The notes below the pieces were generated by a model that ran no database searches, had not been told where the DNA came from, and saw only the letters and a program-made list of their open reading frames with translations. From the NCBI GenBank assembly GCA_051362555.1, contig CM120649.1, forward strand, positions 3,968,001 through 4,032,000: a stretch of DNA of 64,000 nucleotides, read 5' to 3'. Below are positions 39,501-50,218 of the stretch, piece by piece. Position numbers and translations under genes: made by a program. The number at the start of each line of letters is the position of its first letter. Position 1 is the stretch's first letter. This DNA comes from Lingula anatina (lineage: Eukaryota; Animalia; Brachiopoda).

Positions 39501-42500
39501 TGATACGACAGTGTTATTATTGGCTCAGATTTAAAATTCCTTCATCTCTTACGTTATTTAAGGTCGGACTAAGAAAGATCGTGTTTGTGTATATGCACCA
39601 TCTTTAGAATGAAAATTGCTATGTTTTGCAACGAATTCATCTTAAATTAAAGTAGTCCAAACTTAAGGTCTGGCAGTTAAAAACAACTTCCGATACTGCA
39701 TCCCTCTGTGGAACCGACCCTTAATTGGCTGGTGACTTGTTATTTCAAGGGCCTTAAGCCAGGAGATACATGTAGCGCGGTTTTACCATACCAACTTTAA
39801 TTTTTTTCAACCACGCAAGTCTTAAGCGTATGTAGTAGAAAAGATGACTTCCCCACTTCCTTTTTTATTCCTTTTTCTGAATGGTAACACCTAACAGTCA
39901 CTCACACGGGAAAGGTGTGCTTCAGTGAATTTTTTTTCTTTCTTCAGAGTTCGCTACTGCCTTCAAGAAAACAAGCACTGGTCTCACTCAGCTGACCCCA
40001 TACGACTACACCAGTGTCATGCACTACGGCGCCAAATCCTTCAGTGCCAATGGAAAAGAGACAATCTCAACTCTCACCGGCGAAGCCATTCGGCCATCTA
40101 AGGTGTTGAGCGAAATGGATATATTTGAACTGTCTTTGAGATACAACTGCCAGCCGAAGCACAGTAAATACATGCATTTCCATTGTCGGTTTTAAGGCAA
40201 TTTTAATGAAGTGTTTTAAAATAAGAAAGGAATTTAAGGCCTTTGGACTTGGCCTATCCAAGAGTTCTTTTGGCGCAGCAAAGGCAATATTAGATTATCC
40301 AAGAGAGTAATCGATGTTTGCCTAATTGCTCCTATGAGGTTTGGCTTTGGGAACACATGCACGCACCAATACAGCGATAGTGTACGGTTCTTTACGCTCT
40401 AGGCCAAAGAAACAAGCGCCAATAGGAAAAGGGGTGTTTTTGTTCACTTCCCTAGTAATTCTTTCTTATTCTTTTTCATTTCAAAAACAGTTGTAAAACC
40501 TTAACAATAAATTACAAGACGGAGACTTCTACATATTTCTATTTCAGATATGCAAGCCAAAGTGGCATGCGAAGGCAATTCTCTCAGTATTTCGTGCGGG
40601 ACTGGCCGTATCTCTGTCGTTGGCTCCGTCTATGGACGAATTGACAAAAACACCTGTACTAACAGCGTCTTTACAACCGTCAGCAACTGCGCATCCACAA
40701 CGGCGCCGGCCAAGGTCAAGGCCACGTGTGACGGGAAGAGCTCGTGTCAATTACGTGCCACGACCTCGACCTTCGGATCTGACCCTTGCCCCGGAACACA
40801 CAAATATCTGAACGTTGTGTACAAGTGCATTGGCGGCAGCGGAACTGGGACCGGTCTGTAACGAATTATCTTTTCAACTATAAACAGTTATCAATATTGT
40901 GCATGTGTCTACGTTTAGTTTTTTGCTGTTATGTAATTGGGAATCTTTTTCAGAACTATCCTGAAAAAAATTGAAAAAAATTTTTTTTGTGGCATTTACA
41001 ATTTTCTAGGTTACCCAGTATATTAAACTTATTGTTTGTTTGTTTGCTTATTTACCCATTTATCCTGAAAAAAATTGAAAAAATAAAAAAAAAAATATTT
41101 TGTGGCATTCACAATTTACTCACCCTGAGCTTCAGAGATAACTTGACACTAACCTCTTCACTATAGCCTATCTTCATCGTGTCAAGTTACCTCTGACGAA
41201 AATAGTTTGACCTAGTTTATATAAGCCAATCGAATCCATGTTTCAAAATTTTTCACCAAAGTTTGGTGAAAACGCTGATTGGTTGACCGTCAATCGGCAA
41301 TCCTCGGCTGATTCCGCAAGCTCCATACTAACAACATAGTTATTGTCGAGTGCGGAGACATCCGAGTAGTTCCGAGTGCATAACCGTACACAAAGAAAGC
41401 ATGGAGTATATCGGAATTGAAACCAGAGCAGTTTGATGCCCTGCATAATTATCTACTGAGGGATGATGTATTTTGCGTGCTGCCCACAGGTTACGGCAAG
41501 TCCCTGATATTCAGCCTTATCTTTGATTGGTCCGGATTTGAACAAAGCGCGCTTTGACTCGTTCGCGTTCATTGGCTAGATCGTTCAATGAGTTATTGAG
41601 TGCGGGCTTTAAATTTGATTGGCGGGCGGCGGAGGCAATCGAATGTGGTCAGAGGTAACTTGACACGATGAAGATAGGCTACAGTGAAGAGGTTAGTGTC
41701 AAGTTATCTCTGAAGCTCAGGGTGAATTTACTAGGGTACCCAGTAAATTAAACTTATTGTTTGTTTGTTTGTTTGTTTGCTTATCAACCCATTTATTTAT
41801 TGTCTCACAGGCACCGGGACAGGCACCGGAACAGGCACAGGAACGGGCACGGGGAATTGCGCTTCCATGACGAGGTACCCCAACTCCTTTTACGTCGGTG
41901 GAGATGACATAAAGAGTATGACAGGCGTCACAGAGCAGCAGTGTGAAAGCGCATGCGCATCAAACAGCAAATGTCCTGCCGCGTCTTATAGGGCCTCATC
42001 ACGCACGTGCTGGCTGCACGCCACCCTCCGCAAGAAAGGCTCCCTTAGTGGTTGGACCGCCTTTGAGAAGCCTGCTCAATGCGCTACCATAACAACTGGT
42101 ATGACGTCCCTATTCATTTTGTGAAAAGTAAAAACATGTAATGACTGAGTAAATTCAATTACTTGCCTATATGCAGCTCTATACTTTTTTTATTTACCAA
42201 AGTGTTATATCTTTTTGATAACAGGTGTTTGTAGAAAAATAATGTTAGTTGTAATGATAACAGTAATTAATTGTTGATTTATTCCCTGCGGCTTACTTGA
42301 AGGTCGATCCTTTGTTGGTACAGACCCCTATGATTTAAAGCACCCATGTGCTCTGTACGGAAGCGCAGAACTTGAAATTCACACAAGTTAAACATCTTTA
42401 CTATTGCTATGCCTCATAAACCACCATATAGATGTGAGAGAAAGAGACCAACAGCAGGCTCAACCATTATCACTGAACAATGCCCGTACGAGAACTGTGC

Positions 42501-44502
42501 GATGCCATCTACGATAATGCTACGGCCTACGGGCTTACGATTTTCTCAAAAAAATTTTGCTTCACAAAATCTAAAAGACTACCGCCGGCCCCCGCGCAGG
42601 TGCCGCAAGAAAAGGGATTAGCGGGCAGGCATCGCATGGAAAATGTTATCTAGGCTAAGTTCCGCTAAAAGCATGTCAGTTTATTTAATCGTAAAATAAC
42701 TCGACATTAGCCATTCTTTTAAGTAGAGGCCAAATGCCTTTTTGGCGTTAAGGCTAAAATACAAAAAGGGGATCTAAAAGGGCGTCTTAAAGACCAAAAA
42801 TTGTGTTCGCTTTGACCGATAAGCTGCATTTGTCCCACCCAAGAAATACTGTTTTGTAACAGAAAAGATGTATTTCAAAAATATTTCAGAGCAGTGCTCA
42901 GCTTTGTTTAAGTCGACTGCTGTGGATTTAACTTGAAATCTACACCCAATCTAGGGGCTGTTTTAGCAATTTTGTGATGCCGGGTGTAACGTGGCATGAT
43001 AGAGTCCGCTTCCCATTCATTTGTACAGGTAAGCCTCGCCCTAGATTTTGACCCACTTAGGCCAGGCTAACCCTGACCATAACAACCATAACAACCATAA
43101 CAATAACATAACAACCATAACAACTAAATGGAAGGCGGACTTTCTGTTACACGGATCGTCAGTTTCTTTACACCGGCCCCATGCCTGTCATTCTTTCTTT
43201 CCAGCTGTTGTCACCAAACCCCCATGTGTCATGAACACGATAGCCGGACAATTTGTCATCGGAGGTAAGTCAGTTCAGGGACCTAGATACATTTTTTTTG
43301 ACATGTAGATCATTGGTGAGGTTAATTGCCACCATTACTGGTCGAATACGTAAAGGCTTGATTCATAAATAGTCTACAATTTTTAGTCGGTCTAAAGAAA
43401 TGTTGCTATGGATCTTACCGTGCTAAGTTGGTTTCACAAATAATATAAAAAGTTGTTCATTGTGTTTTACGCGCGTTTTTTTAAATATTGCCCTAAGAGC
43501 AAACTGCGCTGTCCTTGGTGACAAGTGGTCTTTTGGGATGTAATTTTCCGTGGGTCAGTTATTCGAAAAACGATATGCGAAAGACGACGTCTTATCTCCA
43601 AATTCAGCTTCATTTCTGGTTCGAATGTGATCCAGATTCGGATTTCCAGTTTTATGTGTGTCTAGGTCGACAATTTTTAAAGAAAGTGATCAAAGTTTTC
43701 TTGGAATGCCTACAAAAATTTTTCATCAAAAAGAATTTTGATATGGTTTTATACACATCTGTTTTCTAAAATCAACATAATATCAATGTTTCAGGCGAGG
43801 ATATTCGCGCATTTAATGCTAAAAGTGCTAGCGCCTGCTCCGACGCCTGCTTGAACGAACCGAAATGTCCTATGGCAACTTACAAGGCTAGCAGCAAGGT
43901 ATTTACTCCATTTATTTATTTATTTGTTTGTTTGTTTGTTTGTTTTATGCTCTTCTTTTTTTATGTAGGCTATTTTTTGTTTGTTGATTTATTATTTATT
44001 TGTAGATTTTAATGGACCAAAGGTGTACGTTTGAAATAGACCCTATGATTTAACTGTGGAACATTTTCTGCTACTTATAATAGTGGCGATATTTGTAGCG
44101 CTAGGTTCAGAAACAACTGTCAGATCGTTCGAATACTGAAACATAAACCACTTACCGTTTAATTAGCTTTCATATAAGTCGAAAAATAAAAGTAATCTGA
44201 AATTTGGGTAATTAACGTATTTAATGTGTAAAAATTAACCCGGGTGTATGAAATATGGGTATGCGCGTGCGTGATTGCCTGAGTTTGTACCCGGTGGTGC
44301 CAACGGGTGGCAGCATTCCACCCATTTGGACACAGTTGTCACCAGTTGGAAAGCAGTGAGTGGCCTGATATTCAGGAAATATACACCATTCACTTTCATT
44401 TATTTATTTGTTTATTTCCAGACTTGCTGGCTCCATGCTACCTCCAGAAGGAAGGGAACGGCCTCGGGGTGGACCGTGTTTGAGAAGGGCGCCAACTGCT
44501 AA
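36020..44502 (+). CDS. Secreted astacin (M12A) zinc metalloprotease with a SUEL/rhamnose-binding lectin domain and two PAN/apple domains
   Basis: Exons 36020-36080 (signal), 36408-36470, possible 36697-36723, 36814-36845 (DGDI pro-motif), 38176-38245 (WPGGVVPY), 38638-38758, 39064-39242 (HEMMHSLGFGHEQNRPDR), 39948-40163 (YDYTSVMHY Met-turn, YNC), 40548-40853 (ACEG..YGR..FGSDPCPGTHKYL), 41811-42098 (GT linker + PAN1), 43205-43264, 43795-43898 and 44422-44502 (PAN2). Phases are consistent throughout. Confidence 0.92.
37871..38108 (-). mobile_element. Helentron-associated non-autonomous element (HINE/DINE-1-like), copy 1
   Basis: Subterminal inverted motifs ACCTCCGCCAAGG / TTTGGCGGAGGT, terminal hairpin GCACTCCAAGAGCGC, (ACAA)n tract. 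Reverse complement of 50987-51251. Confidence 0.75.
41121..41724 (+). mobile_element. Non-autonomous DNA transposon with ~77-bp TIRs, 8-bp TSD and an internal RecQ-type helicase fragment
   Basis: TIRs 41121-41197 and 41648-41724 (one mismatch); AATTTACT on both flanks; 41408-41512 translates ISELKPEQFDALHNYLLRDDVFCVLPTGYGKSLIF. Confidence 0.9.
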
Positions 44503-45668
44503 ACTTCTTTCCACGTCGGCGCAGTTCCTTCCAAATTTTAGATGGTGCTGATTTTCTCAGCTGAAGGGTTTGGAAATGGGGAAAGCGCTTCCATTTTTAA
44601 ATGGCAGTCATTTTGTTGAAATATGCGTTCTTTGTATCACTTTGTTGATAGGCCTGTACACATACACTGAATAATAAATTAATTGACAAAACATTTCCCT
44701 GGTCTCGATGGCGACCTATAACATTAATTTGAAAAGTATGTAGATAATGTCAGTAAGTCTGTTTGGTCTTCTGTCCAGTACTCGTTAACTAATCTGGACA
44801 ACCCCAGTGACAAAAACTTAAACAAAAATCCATTAAACTACTGCGGGGGTACAGTTATTAAATCTCGGCTCCATTGGGACGACACATGGGGAGGCGTGTG
44901 AGAGGCGGAGATACTATTAAAAGATTAGGCGGTTTTTCTTTCATGTACGTCCGCCATATTTAGTTCCAGGATTTGTAAAGCCATGGCTCAACTCTTTGTG
45001 AATGCGATCTATTTCAGTATCCCTCATTTCTGTTCACGTAGAAAATTAAAGGCACACAAAAAGCGTTGTCCAGATCGTCGGGGTTGTAGCGGCCTACTGC
45101 AAGTAAAATGATTTTCTATTTCACTAAATCATTAAGATAGAATATATCATTAAACTGTTAGCAGAATCACGACCTTCACACTCGTCTTTTTTGTATTATA
45201 AGATTAATAAGGATTGAAAAGTTTTCAAATTTATGTTTTTTATTACAGCACTGGTTTTGTTAGGCGAGGGTGTAGTCTGTTCAAAAGTTCGTTAAACATT
45301 GCTGGTTCTATTTGGGAATGTTCAACATCGCTTTGAAAGTTAAAACGATCCACGTGACACAGGCGAGTCGTATCTAATTTTCAGAGTTCTAATTTTCAGA
45401 GGGTCTCTCTCGTAATTTCACTCGTCGGTGATTCTTGAATATTTGACTGTAAAAATCCGAATTTTAGTAATAGAAAACGGGTATATAGGCCCTAAGTAAG
45501 TGATTTCCACAAAGGCTTTGGATAGAGTTTACAATGGGTACAATGGGAAAGTATTGTGTACCTTTAAGCGGTTTTGAAACATTTACGTCGAAGATTCACC
45601 TTTCTAATTGTAGAAAAACATACACCTCACTGTTCACCTGAGCTTGTGTGATTGCAGTCTAACACCCC

Positions 45669-45871
45669 ATTTCCATAGATTAGATCGACCTACTTTAGAT
45701 CGACCTAACTCCCTGGGGGTTCACGCTAAATAGCTGTCAGCCGGGCGGACACGAAAGTTAATTACCCCCTTACAGCTTGTAGTAGGCGGGACGGACATTT
45801 AAGTCGGATTATCTGAAAGTAATCTAGTGAGACTCCCCGCGGGGATAGATCGATCTAAAATCTATGGGAAT
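45669..45871. mobile_element. Small MITE-like inverted-repeat element
   Basis: ATTTCCATAGATTAGATCGACCTA versus TAGATCGATCTAAAATCTATGGGAAT. Confidence 0.55.
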
Positions 45872-45962
45872 AGAGCCTAAGACGCTTTAAAAGCTTGTCA
45901 AACCTGGCGGTACGGTTTTCTGTTTTCAGTGTAACTGGTCGTACCATGTTAATTACCCTACG

Positions 45963-45993
<31 letters not shown>

Positions 45994-46900
45994 TGTGGGT
46001 GAGGTAATAAGTACTACCTTTCACAAAGCTCCTGAATATCTGTCACAATTAATCTGGTTTCCATGCCGTGCCGAGAGCGGATCCAAAGCTCAGTTTAGGT
46101 GCTAATATACGGATTACTAAAATATGGCTCTCCCAAACTGGAACGGTACAAAGATTTGTACTCCTCGATTGAAAAAGACCTTATTCTTTTTACAATAGCC
46201 AGCTTCGCCAGATCGAATACCGGGGAGCATCAGCAAGTTGGGACACAAACATAGTAGTTGGAAAAAACTATTTTTCAAAAATAGAAAACCAAAGAATTCA
46301 TTGCATTCTTCTGTATTATATGTAACAAATTTGTTGTCACGGCTTTTAACTTGGCAACATAGAAAACAAAGATATTGGTCTGAAACTATGTAACACTTCC
46401 TACATAAAATGTTGCGCCGTTGTTGTCATCATTTTAATATTTAAATTATCACTCGTCAAAAGTACAGAAGTTCTAGAAAGGAATGTAACAAATGTTTACC
46501 ACATTTTTAACATTTCAGCTTATTTCTGTATATAATATAATGAAAGATTAAAAATCTGTTGTTAAAAAAAAACTACAAGCAAACAAGTGATTAAGCAAGA
46601 AATGAAATATACCAGTTCACAATTCTAAATATATCTTCCCAGCACCAAGAAATTTCATATTTATTTATTTTGTCAAGGAAAGTTGATGTCAAATAAATAA
46701 ATAAATAAATAAATAAAGTGAAAAAAATAGAGATGATAAGTGATAACAGGTCATAAAGACAGAGATATATTCTTCATACACTTAACCATAAATTTCAAAT
46801 AATCTGTGAAATGGTTTCAATCTTCATCATAACTTACATTACAGTCTTTTATTGTTCTTTAACTTTCCTTTGCCTTGGATTTTCACATCAACATCTGAAC

Positions 46901-49900
46901 TCAAACATACTTAAGCTCAATCTCATACAAATTCAATGCAAAAGCATGTTTTATTTTCTCCCATTCACGACTGACATCTTTAAAACACTTCTCCCTGCAA
47001 TCTCTGTCCGATAGCGCCTCACACAGAACATCTCTCTCCAAATCTGGTGGGTCTTCCATACTTAAATGTGGACTGAACCATTCTAATAACTTGTATTCGT
47101 ATTTACCACTTTGAATTTTCTTACAGTGAAAATACAAGGTGGCTGGACTGACCACATAAATTTCCCCACATTTCTTTTTCATGCTGCCCATTATGTCTAG
47201 TATTTTGGAGTGTAACACCTCCTCACTTGCCCCTGCCAGATCATGAACGAAAACCTTGCTTTTGCGATGACCTTCACCGTTGTCATGGTGATTTGGAATG
47301 GCCAGCAGGTGGCGAGGTGGCATGTAGGTATGGTAGAAGATAATGTGCTGCGTGGCAGAATCCTGTCTGGTTGAATACAAATACTTCTGGAGGTACGATA
47401 TACACGGTACTAATCCCGCTTGGTGAAGACCACCAAACAACATGGCCGCCAAGATGTTGAATATCGCCCAAGTTACCTTCAGGACTTTGTATGAGTCCTG
47501 CCCAAATATCTTTCCACCACAAATCAAAGTAATGGGAGCTATGAGAGGGAGAAGAAACCTTGGTTCTTGGTGTGGAACCAGTGAGAGTAAAGCCAGTGGT
47601 ATCAGGAAACACATATAGAGTAATGCACAGTATGGTGCTTTGATCCTTGAACTTGGCCTTCTTGTTGACACCCAGCGGATGATATCCAAAAGAAGCAAAA
47701 TTGGTAATATTCCGAAAAGTATTTGCAAGTTCACCGCAGCATGTGTGTATGGTGGGTGCATCCCATGCTCGGCAAGGTTCTTTGAATCCGAGTTATACTT
47801 GAAAAAATTGAGCGGTGTAAGCGTCAGTTGGGATGAAAATTCTGCCATTTTTCCTCTCCAGGCCGTAAGACAGCACCCTCCCTTGAGGATCAGTTCCACA
47901 AAACCATGTAGACATTCAAGGATTTTAGCAGGAGATCCATAGTACATTGAATCGATGAGAGTGAATACAGCCAAAGTGAGAACGGCTCCTGGAATGCATG
48001 AAAATATTTTTCCCGCAACTTTCCACAGGGAGTCAAAATCATATGTTGAGCACCTGACTTTAAGCCAATATAAATATGGAACAATGGCAAATGCTACAAA
48101 GGAAGGTCTGTTAAAGATACCCATGACTATAATACTTGAGATGGCAGTGGCGTTAAAGTAGTGTCCATTTCCTTTTGTCAAGTCCAAAGTCTTTTCCTTA
48201 TCACCTTTCACAGAAATTTGTTCCTTTTTGCTCGCTGGCTGATTTTCTTTATTCTGTTCGCTGTCCACCATCACAAAATACAACAAAGCAGTGAACAACA
48301 AAACTTCCACTGTGTTTGAAAAAGTGTGACTCATGTAAACAATGGCCACGTATGAACTTCCAAACAGCAACAAATTTGACCATCGGTCACTTCCAGTCAT
48401 CTTGGACATTCGGACAATGAAAAAATCCATAACAAACCCCATTAAGACCAGCATTAAGCGAGGAAGGACAAGGAGAGTCATGGTGTTAAGGATGAGCCCT
48501 CTAGCGTCAAAGCCAGCTGCGATCAGGTACTTGAGCAAGTAAAATGGTGGACCAGATATGAGATAGGGGAAGACTATACTGCGAATGGGAGAGGTAGTGT
48601 TAAACTCCCATGACCTGTGAACATCGAGGTCCAAGATATCACCTGGAATGACAGAAACTGATCAATAATAATAATAAAAATAATAATAATAATTTCAATA
48701 TAATAAATAAATAAAGCATCAACAGTAACAGACATATGATGAATGTAAATATGATAAACTGACAGATAAATAAATCAATAAATAATCAATTAACGTCAGT
48801 AATAGAAATTGAACTTCCTATCATCAGTTATATTTATGTTCTCTAAGTAACAATTAATTAAAAATTAAAAAAATATGCAAAAAATATACACACATAAATT
48901 GTACATCTAACATTCTACAAAATAAAACTCAAAAGGGATATTTTGTACCAAAATAAAGTTGCATTACTTTCTAATTATCTTTTAAAAAGGTTTCTACATG
49001 CAAGGGTCTATGAAGACTAAGTTTGTAAGATGTGGCAGAGACATTCCCTGTTCTGGTTGAAAACATAATGTGTTAGTTGTGAAATAAGATCTCACCCGCC
49101 ACAATCTCTGGTCCCTGGAAAAACTCATCTGGATGGATGTAGCCAAACTGTGGGATCACAACCCAGACCAGTCTCAGAGCCACTAGCAGCAGCCAAGCTG
49201 TCTTCCCTGCTGCCTGGAGGAGGAAATATTAAAAAAAAAAAAAATGTACAGTGTGTGTTATGATATAATCACTGTCATTGACTATCTTTCATAATGCTCA
49301 TTTATTTGCATGCCTCTTTGATTTTGGTAAATGCCACCTTTTTAATTCTCATTTGACTGACCTTTGTGCATTATTCATTAAATATTCAAAGGCATACAAT
49401 ACCCATTAGTCCCTTACCCATATAACAAAGAGAATAAAAGAAAAATAATTTCCTTGAAATTAATTCTTAAAAAATTCTCTTAATCAGAAAAATGAAGATA
49501 CCATATGCAAAAGCATTTGTGAATTATAATCTATAAATATCTATTTTTACTGCTATTAGCGAAATTCGAAATGCATTCTCTATCTGCATTAAGAGAGAGA
49601 GAGAGATAAGACACACTGCCCCTTCTGTTAGAGAATCCCACAGATTGATCCTACCAAGGAACTGAAAGTCTTAGATTCTACTAGAAAAACAGTGATACTG
49701 TAGATTAAGTAAGCATTATTTATTTTTGGTCATAATAATATATTGCACAATGAAAACAATTTCTATTTCAATCTACGCATTAAAGCCTGATATTCCCTTG
49801 GTATCAATTTTTATTCAAATGGGACACGTAAACATAAATATCACTGATTTTAATCAGCGCAGGCGGCTTACTCTACAACTGCGAGAACTTATTTCGTCAG

Positions 49901-49942
49901 CTTTGGTTATTGTTGTATCTCCATTATTACATTACTCACCAT
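46901..49942 (-). CDS. PIGZ: GPI mannosyltransferase 4 (PIG-Z/Smp3, glycosyltransferase family 22)
   Basis: Exons 49942-49940 (ATG only), 49213-49096 (GYIHPDEFFQ) and 48642-46901 (SWEF..PIRS, HTFSN, FNRP, HQEPRFL, HQAG, YHTYMPP, FSPHLSME); multi-TM protein. Confidence 0.95.
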
Positions 49943-50218
49943 GTTGTTTTTCGATTCTTCGAACAAAGTACACTGGTATTTTCAAACAATGTTCAAATAT
50001 CCATGATTGCACTAAATGTTTTACCCCGGCCTTTCTTTACCACAGCGTACAACGTCAACATCAACATGTGGATATCGAGGATTTCGACGCTAGATGTCGT
50101 AAAAATCAAGACATCCCTAGCAATAGTGTTATGAAGCACCAAGGTTCTCTTGAACTGGAGTCCCCTATCGTCAATTCAGACCTGGAGAGAGCATTTTCCA
50201 AACAACAGCGAGGAAGCT
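49943..50218. promoter_or_regulatory. Bidirectional promoter and 5'UTRs of PIGZ and NCBP2
   Basis: Divergent start codons at 49942(-) and 50219(+), 276 bp between them. Confidence 0.75.

Noticed and set aside
43078-43125. Asn/His-rich ORF segment
   Set aside because: Intronic (AACAACCAT)n simple repeat; the real exon begins at 43205.
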